A stretch of DNA of 63,885 nt, the filler included, from Octopus bimaculoides (lineage: Eukaryota), in NCBI RefSeq assembly GCF_001194135.2. It is 6 parts of 5 records of this genome, joined end to end, with 100 filler letters (N's around TTAATTAATTAA, not from the genome) between each part and the next. Parts side by side here need not be neighbours in the genome. Positions count along the whole stretch, not along the records: positions 1 to 17,810 come from NC_068982.1; 5 more parts are not named here. One strand, given 5' to 3'. This document shows positions 1-11,466 of the stretch, piece by piece. The notes below the pieces were generated by a model. It had not been told where the DNA came from and searched no databases. It saw nothing but the letters and a program-made list of their open reading frames with translations. Numbering within the stretch: position 1 is the first letter of the stretch; every line of letters begins with the position of its first letter. The translations under genes were made by a program, and so were the position numbers.

Positions 1-26
1 AATAATAATAATAATAATAATAATAA

Positions 27-575
27 ATGCTCTGATGCAGTACCAGGTAGTGACTCTCATAGCTTCTCATCTTAACTGATTGGAAGTGTTATCATGTACA
101 TTGATTTGTCTTGGTATAAAAGATGGGCTACAGCAAATATTCTGCTCAATACCACAGACTTGCTTGTCAGTTGTTTGACCTTAACCAGTTGAGCATGTCC
201 CTTGGTGGCTGACGATATGTGCATCTCTGATCACGAGCAAAAGTAGTGGGGAAGCATCATAGCCATGTGTCGAGAGGAACTCTTTGGGGTTTGAATAATT
301 CACCTTTGGAAACATGGGTGTTTCGTTCAACATCCTTAAGCAACCATTATTCAGGGACCATTTGAGCGGGATGGGCTACTCGACCTGAAGTAAATTCTAA
401 GTGGGACCCACCAGCAAGGTCATGTGCTGTTTATCTTGACATGAGACCACCATGTCGCGCACATATGGTTGTGATGCATGTGCCTGGTGTACCCTTATCA
501 GACGGGTAGTCATGATGGGTATACTAGGCTTCGTATATTTTATTCCAGTGTCACTTTGATAGCATGCTCTCTCAC

Positions 576-576
<1 letters not shown>
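27..576 (+). mobile_element. ~550-bp retroposed element embedded in (AAT)n; probably the 3' region of, or a SINE partner to, the R4/Dong-like LINE
   Basis: Three homologous copies (27-576; 668-931 internally deleted; 2444-2912). Each ends ...ctctcact(c) followed by aataat; the first two are also preceded by (AAT)n. Confidence 0.7.
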
Positions 577-622
<46 letters not shown>

Positions 623-635
623 GTAATAATAATAG

Positions 636-666
<31 letters not shown>

Positions 667-667
667 A

Positions 668-931
668 ATGCAGTACCAGCAGTAGTTCTCATGGTTTCTG
701 ATCTTAACTGATTAGAAGTGTTTTCATGTACATGTTTCTTCCTGGTGTAAATGACGAGCTACAGCAAATATTCTGCTCAATACCACAGATTTGCTTGTCA
801 GTTGTTTGAGCTTAATAGTTGAGCGTATCCCTTTGTGGCTGACGATATGTGCATCTCTGATCACGAGCAGAAGTAGTGGGGAAGCATCATAGCCCAGTGT
901 CACTTTAATGGCATGCACTGCTTTCTCACTC
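668..931 (+). mobile_element. Internally deleted copy of the 550-bp (AAT)n-associated element
   Basis: Matches 27-576 but jumps from 'catcatagcc' to 'cagtgtcact', losing ~290 bp. Confidence 0.7.
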
Positions 932-943
932 AATAATAATAGA

Positions 944-1162
944 ATGGTTTCAAATTTTTCCACAAGGGCAGCCATTTTGAGGAAGGATATGTGTTGGTTA
1001 CATCGACCCCAGTGTTCAACTGGTACTTAATTTATCGACCCTGAAAGGATGAATGGTAAAGTCGACCTCGGCGGAATTCGGACTCAGGACGTAGCGACGG
1101 GCGAAATACCGCTAAGCATTTCGTCCAGCCAGCGCACTAACGATTCTACCAGCTCGCCGCCT

Positions 1163-1163
<1 letters not shown>
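944..1163 (-). mobile_element. tRNA-derived SINE, family A (aaggcggcgagctggcagaa...)
   Basis: Reverse complement of the copies at 4456-4674 and 6505-6720. Many further copies lie at ~7965-8181, 8545-8758, 12645-12865, 12880-13090, 32443-32659 and 32715-32880. Confidence 0.8.
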
Positions 1164-1246
<83 letters not shown>

Positions 1247-1249
<3 letters not shown>

Positions 1250-2443
1250 GATGGAATACTAGAACAATATCTAATACAACTACATCAATTTTTCTACGAA
1301 AGAACCCCACTTCTCAAAATTATTAATACTAATAAGAACAGAAAAGTAATCAAAGAAGTTGATCAAGCACTTGAAAAGCTGATACGACAATTTCTTGAGA
1401 ATAGTAGAGAAAATGCCCTCGGAGTGATTGATCAACTCATTTACTCAGCTGCTCATGTTGCAACTCAGAAATGAGATACCAAAATTAGAGAGAGACAAAA
1501 AAACGTGCAATGTACACAAACAATCTGCATGGATGGAAAGAATAAACCAGCAAATAATCCAACTAAGAGTAGATATATCTTTTCTACTTGAAGCAAGGAA
1601 AGGAAAAACTAATAAACCCAACAAACTAATAAGAATAATTGCAAAACATGACTTTTAGAAGGAAAGAGAGGATACACAGATTGAAATCCTCAAACAAAAA
1701 CTATAATTAAAAACCAAACGGCTGGCAAGATACAAAAAACGCTCAGAATTCCATAGATTAAACTTATTATTCAAAGAGAACACAGCAAAATTCTACAGGG
1801 AACTGGGGGAAAATACCATTATTGTGAAAACACCTCTTCCCCAGCAGCAAACTGAAGATTTTTGGAAAACCATTTGGAGTAATCCAAAGGAGTTTAATCA
1901 GAGTGCACATTGGGTTTTGGGACATAGAAGAGGTCAATGTCCACCTCAAATATCAAGAATGGCAGAACATAACATCTGAAGAAGTGAAGTCAAAGAAATA
2001 GAAATCCCCAGGTATAGATAAGATTCCAAAAAGTTTTGGCTAAACTCTTTAATGTGCACCCACCACAACTTAGCCGTAGCACTCAATGAAGTCATGTCCA
2101 ACCCTTCGAAAGCCCCAAAGTGCCTTATAGAAGGTATTACATATCTCTTACCAAAAGCAAATGAAACTGCTAACTCCACAAAATACCGACCCATAACATG
2201 CCTCACTGCCATATATAAACTATTCACATCTATAATAGCGAATAGAGCATATGAATTCTTGAACAATAGGAAGTTATTCCCAGTGGAACATAAGAGATGT
2301 AAAAGGAGTTCAGATGGATGTAAGGACCAATTACTGATTGATAAAATGGTAATTGAAAATTGCAAATCCAAACGCAGAAACTTTAGCACCGCTTGGATAG
2401 ATAACAAGAAGGCTTTTTACAGTGTTCCCCATGCATAGATCAT
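1247..2443 (+). pseudogene. Degenerate non-LTR retrotransposon reverse transcriptase fragment, R4/Dong-like
   Basis: Translated motifs EGITYLLPK..T....KYRPITCL..IYKLFTSII, GCKDQLLIDKM, AWIDNKKAF.SVPH, with stops and frameshifts. The fragment starts directly after a long (AAT)n tract. Confidence 0.85.
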
Positions 2444-2912
2444 GTCTTGGGTTAAAAAATGGGCTACAGCAAATATTCTGTTCAATACCACAGATTTGCT
2501 TGCCAGTTGTTTGACCATAGCCAGCTGAGCATGTCCCTTGGTGGCTGACAATATGTACATCTCTGATCATGAGCAGGACTAGTGGGGGAAAATCGTAGCC
2601 ATGTATTGAAAAGAATTCTTTGTACAATTCACCTCTTGAAACAAGGGTGCTTCGTTCATCATCATTAAACAACCCTTATTCAGAGACCTTTTGAGCGGGA
2701 TGGTGTACTCGACTTGAAGAAGATTTTAACTAGGCCCTACCTCCAAGGTCATGTGTTGCATATCTTGATATGAGATCACTATGTTGCGCACATCTGCTTG
2801 AGATGTGTGTGCCTGGTGTACCCTTACCAGACGGGTAGTTATAATGGGTATATTGAGCTTCGTATATATGTATCCCAGTGTCACTTTGATGGCATGCGCT
2901 GCTCTCTCACTC
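2444..2912 (+). mobile_element. Third copy of the 550-bp element, fused directly to the RT fragment
   Basis: Homologous to ~105-576. The junction is at 'catgcatagatcatgtcttgg'. Confidence 0.7.
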
Positions 2913-4455
2913 AATAATAATGGTTTCAAATTTTGGTACAAGGCCAGCCATTTTGAGAGAAACGTCAATCGAGCCCGGCATGATGAAGGGTAAATTTGCA
3001 GTAAATTTGCTGGAATCTTACTAGTCGATTACACTGACCCTAGTATTTGACTGGTACTTTATTTTATCAACCCCCCAAAGGGTGAAAGGTAAAGGTGCCT
3101 CTGGCGGGATTTCAACGCAACGTAAAGAACTGGAACAAATATTTTTTGACCGGCACAAACAACAAATGTCTGGGGAAGACAGTCGATTATGTCAGTTTTA
3201 GTGCTAAATAGTATTTTATCTGAACGTCTCTGCCACTCCGACGTCCTTATTCGTTTTTAATATTGACAAAATGCTTCACGCTTTAGTTAAAAGAATAGTT
3301 AAGAAAATCAACCACAATCTCCGCACAAACGTGAGGACCGATTAACACTAGTAATGCAGATTGATATTAGAAATTATAAGATTCAGTTTGAGACAGAAAA
3401 AAGCAACAGCACAAGGAGGGGGACTCGGGTTTCATTTTAGTTCTTAGCCAAGCGATCGTGTTACTGCGTACACAAACAACACCTGCCAATCTCCAGATAT
3501 TTGTATCTCCTTTAACAAGTGAGGTTATCTTCGATATTAGATTGGGGAAAATTGTGAATAATGGTTAAGTACCCGAATATTTACGGTAGGGTATATCAGA
3601 CAACTAACAACACCACCACGATCCAATACCATGGTTAAAAAATATCACTTTACGGCCGAGATACCAAATGTGGTATATTCAGATATTATGAGTAAAGATA
3701 GCACTATATTGACGAAAGTTTCATTAGCTTGCGGTGAAATTTTTATGCGAAAGAATGGCGCACTTTATTAGTGGAGATGTTTCTACCATCCATTAAGCCC
3801 CACAGCTATAAGAGATAAGTACTAGCTTAGTAGATTACAGACGTCCGTGATACGGAAGTGATTTACTAAGTTAAAAAATTTCTTTTTTTTTTAATATTAA
3901 AACGTAATGGAAAGTTAATTTATTAAATTAATAAATATAAATAGAGATATATTGCAAAAATAATACATCATTCATCTTATATTAGAAATTTGTATCTTTT
4001 AGTCTTATAATTTCACCATTTTACTTACGTCGCGTCGCTATATTTGCTATTCGCTGAGTGCAAGCAAAGAAGAATAAATATGGCGTCAAAAAATAAAAAA
4101 AACATTGAATAAATACAGTACTCTTTCAAATAAATGAACGGTTTATTATGTAGATTTCTTTTATTTATAAAATAACTTTTTAACATTAAAAACGCTGATT
4201 ATTAATATATTTGCTAATCGCTGAATGCAAGGAAAGAAGAATAGATATGGCGTTTAAAAGAATAGCACCGTATTATTTAGTGCTACCACATGAATTTGCT
4301 GTTTCCTTCTGTATAAATATACAAGGTGGAAAGGAATTTTGACGCCTGTATAAGAAATCATGGATTCCTATCATTTCTAGATGTTATATACTTTTTAAAT
4401 ATACATTCATTTATTGGATTGAATAGAATTAGATAGACGAATATTCGTTGTTAAT

Positions 4456-4674
4456 AAGGCGGCGAGTAGGCAGAAACGTTAGCACTCTGGGCGAAATGCT
4501 GAGCGATATTTCGTCTGTCTTTACGTTCTGAGTTCAAATTTCGCCGAGGTTGACTTCGCCTTTCATCCTTTCGGGGAGCGATAAATTAAGTACCAGTTGC
4601 GTACTGGGGTCGATCTAATCGACTGCCCCACCTCCCTAGAATTTTCGGGCCTTGCGCCTAAAGTAGAAAAGAAT
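4456..4674 (+). mobile_element. tRNA-derived SINE, family A
   Basis: A-box-like 'ggcagaaacgttag' and B-box-like 'gagttcaaatt'; multiple copies in the window. Confidence 0.8.
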
Positions 4675-4757
4675 ATTCATTGTTAATTGAAACCACACAG
4701 CTTGAAAGGATGTTTTCACAGCAGGTAGGTAACAAATGAAGGTTCCAAACTAAACAA

Positions 4758-5330
4758 TCTTACTATAATGGGCGTTATATTCGTCTATCTGTCCGCCTGT
4801 TCCCACTTCACGGTCAAACGGCTGGACTGAGGAAGTAATCAGGAAGGTTTTTAGCGAAAAAAAAACGTGAAAAAATGTGATTATTTAGTGGATATTGAGT
4901 TTTGTGTTAATAAATCACCTTTGACTTTTTCGTTAAAATTCCGGCGACGAGGATTAACCCTGGATTCCCCTCACCCCGTATAGTTCGTGAATTTAGAGGG
5001 TTTAGATTTGCGATACCATCCCTTTATTTCCGATCGTAGATGGGTAGATTTGCTATCTTACTATAATGGGCGTTATGTCCATCTGTCTGTCCGTCTTTCG
5101 GTCTCTTTGTCTGTTCCCTCTTCACGGCCAGAAGGCTGGACCAATAGTTACAATATTTTGCGGGATTACTAAGACGGTCGTCAGGAAAGTTTTTAGTATT
5201 AAAAACTCAGAAAGTATGAGTATTTCGTGGATATTGATTTTTGAATTGATAAACCACCTTCACATTTTTATTTAAAATTTATCGAACACGAGTAACTCTT
5301 GATTTTCATCGTATAGTTCGTGGCTCCATC
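4758..5330 (+). mobile_element. Two tandem Helitron-like 5' termini
   Basis: 'tcttactataatgggcgttat...ctgtccg...(a/g)gctggac' occurs at ~4758 and ~5056; the TC start and (ctgt)n are typical of non-autonomous Helitrons. Confidence 0.55.
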
Positions 5331-5549
5331 GTACATATGAAGGGGGTCGCGAGGACGCTTAATAGCGAAAATAAAAGGGAAAAAGTATGTCAGTATATAG
5401 TGTGTGTGGTTATTTAGTGGTTATTGAAATGTGACAGTCTCGAGCAGGATTCGAGACGGCTAATCGAAGCGGCTCTTGTTTATATCTCAGTTTTGTCAAT
5501 CAAAATCACCCATGGTACCAGAACATCCAGACATTATTCTCATAGAACA

Positions 5550-5762
5550 GTGAGAGGTAAGTCTTAGTTTGGCTTTTTGTAACCCTAAAGATTCCACCTG
5601 CGCATTCACAGGTCCAGACTTTAGATTGTGTAGGTGTATTTTTACCACTCCGATGTTTACACACGACTAGTTATACGTTGCTATGAGTAGAGCAACGAAC
5701 TCCAGTAATTTGAAAATTAGTGTCTACCAAACAGAAAGTATCGTGTACAAAGAAGTTTTGTC
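5550..5762 (+). pseudogene. Helitron Pif1-like helicase C-terminal remnant
   Basis: Frameshifted translation SQVQTLDCVGVFL / PMFTHD*LYVAMSR / TESIVYKEVL matches the SQGQT...FTHGQLYVA.SR...NIVY.EV helicase motifs. Confidence 0.75.
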
Positions 5763-5859
5763 ATTATATTGATATTATCGAAAGGAATATGGTTAATAAT
5801 TTAAATAAGGAAATTTGTGAACAAGATTCTTGATGTGGATACGTGTGTTGAAAGAAATA

Positions 5860-6039
5860 CAATTAAACCTTGGGAGAGGCATTATGCCGGTAATAAACAC
5901 ACGCACTGGTTCAGTCCTTTATTAATTTATAAACAGTATATACTATATATATAAACTATATACTGTTTATAAATTAATAAAGGACTGAACCAGTGCGTGT
6001 GTTTATTACCGGCATAATGCCTCTCCCAAGGTTTAATTG
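5860..6039. repeat. Perfect inverted repeat, 83-bp arms with 14-nt loop
   Basis: 5860-5942 is the exact reverse complement of 5957-6039 (checked by eye). Confidence 0.95.
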
Positions 6040-6504
6040 AATTTGTGAACACGTTTTTTTTAATGCTTGTAGTGGTCAAATGAAGCTCTGGCTTTCGTTA
6101 GGAGTGGTCCACACAACCACTCATGATACAGAGTCCTAACCACACAACCATTCATGATACAGAGCCTATTTCAGTTCGGAAGTGAATCGTCATTACATGT
6201 GAATCGGAAGTGAATCGAGAACACGTGTCATATAGCTTCAATAGAATGCTGTATCACCAACAATAATGTGATTTCTCTAAGACATCAACCAGTAATCTAT
6301 CAAGTCCATTTACACATTTCTCAAGACATACTGTTGTTATGAATGCCCTCCCTCATTTTACGCCTCCATCGTAGATGGGTAGATTTGATAGTTATAGTAA
6401 TAACGATGTAACAGCGATGAATTATTAATAAGAAAAAGTGACAGAATTAACACAGAACTGAACTAAAATACATTACGTACTTCATTCTAATATTCTTGGA
6501 GCCT

Positions 6505-6720
6505 AAGGCAGCGAGCTGGCAGAAACGTTAGCATGCCGGGCGAATTGCTTAGCGGTATTTCGTTTGTCTTTATGTTCTGAGTTCAAATTCCGCCAAAGTT
6601 GACTTTGCCTTTCATCCTTTCGGGGTCGATAAATTAAGTGCCAATTGCGTACTGAAATCGATCTAATCGACTACACCCCCACTAGAATTTTAGGGCCTTG
6701 TGCCTAGAGTAGAAAAGAAT
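6505..6720 (+). mobile_element. tRNA-derived SINE, family A
   Basis: Near-identical to 4456-4674; a second partial head follows at 6721-6790. Confidence 0.8.
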
Positions 6721-8836
6721 CGTTAGTACGTTGGACAAAATGCTTAGCGGCATTTCGCCCGTCTTCACGTTCTGAGTTCAAATCCCCCCCCCCNNNNNNN
6801 NNNNNNNNNNNNNNNNNNNNNNNNNNNNNNNNNNNNNNGTCTCTCTTGCTGCGTCTAATATCCCCAGCCCCGACACAATGCCCTGACATTCCTCTCCAGA
6901 ACCTAGTTCTCTTCCTGGAACTTCCTCTCTGCCCATAAGTTTCCAGAAGGTGATGGCAGTTTAAGTGGAGCGTTAACAGCATCAACTGCACTACTCTCGG
7001 AAGGTCTCTTTTCTCCAGACCCAACAATTAAAACCTTTACTCCAATTTTCTACTTCATTGGCCGGCTGCATCCTCTCATTGTATCCATTCTACCAGTTCA
7101 TTAAACTTTATTCTCTAAATGGCTTTTCACCATGTACCATCTGAACACTCAAATTCACTCAACGTCGCGTCTTTAAGTTACTCATACTATATCACATATT
7201 CTGGAAATGCCCCTTTGCATAACAACCCAACGAGAAGCCCTCTGTGATAATTGAAATTGCTAGAAATAGCAGCCATACATTGTGTCAGTCACATCTTATC
7301 GTCCTAAAAATGCAGAGGTCATAACTGGAAGGCCTTTGATCATAGGGTTTCTCGAAAACAACGACCTTTTGCTTAACCTTTTCCTGTGTTTATTTTATTG
7401 TAATTATTATTATTTTAAAATTTCTATTCTATTTACTTGCAAGCAATAATCTAAAATTTAAAGAATTCTCAACCAGAAATTCTATGTACCTGACTGAATT
7501 TGCAAGCTTCGTGAAATATTTATAGTGTCAGTCCTGCATAACAAGCAGCATTAAGAACAGAGGAAAAGTAAATACATCCAGTTTGAGATTTTCGATTAAT
7601 TAAAGTCATCTGAATTTTTCAATTGGTACATCCTTCAAACATCTGCAGCCCCCCCCCCCACCACCACCACTACCACTACAGACGCACAGAGTTTCATAAA
7701 TATTTCTAATGAATTTCTTTTAAATGCTCACTGCATTAAATATTTCAACACTAACTTGACTATTATTTTTCATGCGTCCTTCAGCAATTTTCCTCGGTAA
7801 ATTATTCTTTTAAATTTGCTTTTTGCGTGTGCTATTATATATCAACTTCTGGATTATCTCGTTTCTACTTACGCAACCGTACTTAAATCTAAACTCCTAG
7901 AAAGTTTCATAAAACATGCTCGTAGACTTCTACTATATTGGTCAGAATAATTAAAATAATATTGGTTTCAAATTTTGTTACATGGGGTGGGGGAGACAGT
8001 CGATTACATCAACCCCAGCGCTCGACTGTTACTTATTTTATCGGTTACAAAAGGGTGAAAACGTCGATCTCGGCGAAATTTGAATTCAGAATATAATGAT
8101 GGACGAAGTGTTGCTAAGCATTTTGCTCGACGTGCTAACGATTCTGTCGGCTCGCCGCCTTAATAATTGAAATAATATTAGCAATAGACGAATATTAACT
8201 TACTTCACCACACGTATTTCTAACTACTTTTAAAAAATTCTCCTTTAAATCACTAAATACTAAATTTACTATACATACGCACATACATTCATACGTACAT
8301 ACACGCATGCATAGACGGGCAAATATATTTAACAAGTGACCTTAGAGGGATATAGCTGCGTGACTGCATTTCATGTGTGATTAGACATGGTACGTGGAAA
8401 CAGTCACGTTCCTGTAAGATTATATTTTATAAATTAAAGGAATATAAACACTTTATATATATAATGTATTGAGTCCTTTATTGAATTGTGGTCACGATTT
8501 TTTATTTAAGAATTACGCCTGTACTAACCTCAGTTATATAATATTGGTCTCAAATTTTTGAAGAAGGCCAGCAATTTCGGGGGAAGGGTAAGTCGATTAC
8601 ATCGACTACAGTGATCAACTGGTACTTATTTTATTGGCCCCGAGTGCATGAAAGGTAAAGACGACCTCGGCGGAATTTGAACTCAGAACGTAAAGATGGA
8701 CAAAATACTGCTAAGTATTTTGCCCGGCGTACTAACGATTCTACCAGCTCGCCGCCTTAATATGATAGGTATATAATATGAAAACAGTTTATCTCATAAA
8801 TTGCATGAAACGAAGATTAATTGAAAAGTAACTTAC

Positions 8837-11057
8837 CCGTATGTATTCGGATATGACCCTGTAATTGGCCCCTGTTACTGCAAGAAATTACACAGTAAGG
8901 GCAGTGGAAGTTTCGAGTTCTTTGAACTTGACGCCTCTCAATGTAAGGTTGCTGGTGTTGTGATGGTACTTTGTAAATCACATCTGTTGACCGCTGGGCA
9001 TAGCAGCCGTTCTGAGTTGTAGAGCCGATGCCGCCAGCAGTGGTTGAAAAGTTCAAACGGCCGAAGGCAGCAACACCCTTCGAATAGTCGTTTCTTTTCA
9101 AATAGTTCCCCCTTTTGATTTTCAGTTTGGCTAAGCTTGAAGTATGGCCGTTCAAAAATGGTCTACGGTTGTAGTGAACTAAAGATTGTCTTCTATAGAA
9201 ACACATTGATGATGGCGGTGGCGCAGGAGCCTGGGGCGGACGATATTGTGATAATGATGATGTTTTTATTGTTGTTGTGTTGGATGGTTGTGATGATGGA
9301 GATGGTGAAAGTGGTATCTGTAATTGTGGTGGTAATGATGGTTGTGGATGTGCAGGTGGAGATGGTGGCTGATATTGAAAAGAAGATAGATGCAGAGGTG
9401 GCTGTAACGATATCTGCGAGGATGGCGGATTGTCTCGAATACCTGTTGTCAGCGGAACTGAGAGAATTCTTGGTAGATGGGCAGATGGGGCAATCTGAGG
9501 TTGTGTATTTGATTCTGTCGGATCGTGATCGTCTTGTTGGCTATGATGAAAATGGTAACCGGTGTATGGCAACGAAGACGATGACACAGACGACGATGAT
9601 AATGAAAATGAAGATGAAAACGATGATGGTGACGATGATAACAACGAAGTTGGTGACGATGAAAACGTCGTGGTAAACAAAGCTGCTGCTGTTGAGGATG
9701 ATGGGGATAGTGATGATGGTGATGGAGATGGTGTTAAGGAAGATGAAGGGGGAAATGCTGCCGATCTCGGTAATAAAAACGATGGTGGCGATAACGACGA
9801 AGCTGGTAGGGGAGGTAGTGATAGTGGTAGGGGTAATGGTGGTGACAATGACAACGATAACGATGAGGTTGATGTTGAGGATGCTGCTGTTAATGAAGTT
9901 GCAGAGCACGGTGAAGAGGATAATGACAATGTTAATGGCGAACTATTCTCTACCAGATGCGGTTCATCTTTAAATTGGACGCAAGGTGTGAAATCCATAA
10001 CAGGATGATGTTTTAGCAACATGTTATCACACCATTCGGTCGGGTAATAGACGCCATTAGTTTGTTCATGTCCATATCTTCTATCTCCTCCAAACCAAGA
10101 ATGATTCCGATTCGAGAGGAGGTGTTTCTCAAGTATATTCGATTTAGCTACCTCAAGCATCACCATATCGTCATTTTGACACTTGTTGATGCCAGTTGGA
10201 GCTGAGGGACCACCGCAACAGTAAAGACATTTAAAAGATGCATCAATCTGAGAGATGAGTAAACCGTTGTGTGATGTTTGCTTATCGTCTGCTTTGCCAA
10301 ATGCTGAAAATGCACCGAAATACGCCTCCGATTGTTTGTCTTGGAGTACCACTGGTTGTAATATATCTGCAGAAGCATGACAATAAGTCTTTTGCTTATC
10401 TCTTTCAGCTGAATTTGAGATATTCTGGTCTGATGTTTGTGTCATTTTTACCGGCATTGACGATGTCGGTGATATTGTCGCTTGTTTTGGTATTGTTTTT
10501 GGTATCAATGAAGAAGTTACAGTGGATGATAGTGCTGGTGGTGATGATGAGGCTGATACTGATGATGAAGAGGATATCGTTGCTGCTGTTTTTGTGTTTG
10601 TTGTTGTTGTGGTAGTAGTGGTTGCTGCAGTTGCAGTTGTTATTGTATATATTGTTGCAGTTTTCAGGTAAGTCGTCGCTGTCGAGGTCCTCGAAGTTGC
10701 TGCAGTTGTGCTTGTTGTTATTTTTGTTTTCACTGTTGTTGGTGATAATAATAGAGATGGACTTAATAGGGGTGATGTCGGCGACTCAGTCGTTGTTGTT
10801 GCTTCTGTTGTTTTTGCGGTCAGTTGTGCTGTCGTTGTTATGGGTACCGGTGTTGGAAATTTTGTCGTTTCCAAAGCTGCTTCTAATGCTGTAATCCTAG
10901 AAGTTTCAGCTAAACTTTTCAGAATCTGAAATGACGGAAAAGACCCCAAAGAGCTGAAATGTTGAGACTTTATATTCGTGCAAGGTTCCTTGCTGTGAAT
11001 TAGAACCTTTGGAGAAAATGTTCTTGGAAAATATTGGTACGAAGGGGCAAGAGCCAT
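8837..11057 (-). CDS. hkb: Large coding exon of a C2H2 zinc-finger transcription factor, huckebein-like (partial gene)
   Basis: 740 open codons from ATG 11057. It ends [25 protein letters not shown]|gtaagt, a consensus phase-1 donor at 8836 inside the TGE(K/R)P linker. The finger resembles Drosophila Hkb finger 1 ([28 protein letters not shown], recalled, not searched). Start codon and downstream exons are unverified. Confidence 0.75.
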
Positions 11058-11169
11058 CGCCACTTATTTTTAAATATCCGTTTAATCTTTAATGTGTATG
11101 AGTCCGTTTGTCTTCCTGTGTCTGTCTCTCTCAATAATCAGTGTGTGTGTATATATATATATATATATA

Positions 11170-11366
11170 GCTATGATTGACCGTTGACCGAACACTATTC
11201 AGTTTTTTTTCTCCGTGTTTTTCTCCTTGTATCCGTATTCTTTCTGTTGAAAAGCGTAGCTCGAAACGTTAAAGACTTTCCGTATTCCCGAGCGTCATAC
11301 TAGTACATCCTTTTGTTGTTTACACCACCTGTCCTCGTCTGTTGTTGTTTTTTCGTACATTCTCCC

Positions 11367-11368
<2 letters not shown>
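11170..11368 (+). mobile_element. Penelope-like terminal-repeat fragment with hammerhead-like motif
   Basis: Homologous to 23600-23808. Both contain (C)xGTTGAA-stem-GAAACGTT-AAAG and end 'tctcccatat' at a (TA)n tract. Confidence 0.5.
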
Positions 11369-11399
<31 letters not shown>

Positions 11400-11417
11400 T
11401 GTATGTATGTTTGTATG

Positions 11418-11466
<49 letters not shown>

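Noticed and set aside
6235-6385. Possible helicase-like remnant (LDRLLVDV) on the minus strand
   Set aside because: Too short and disrupted to assign.
7105-7135. Minus-strand GEKPF peptide as candidate next zinc-finger exon
   Set aside because: No AG acceptor at the required phase, and a stop follows within three codons with no Cys/His pattern.
9137-10929. Several plus-strand and alternate-frame ORFs (9137-9676, 9562-10008, 10271-10615 etc.)
   Set aside because: Shadows of the trinucleotide-rich zinc-finger exon on the opposite strand.
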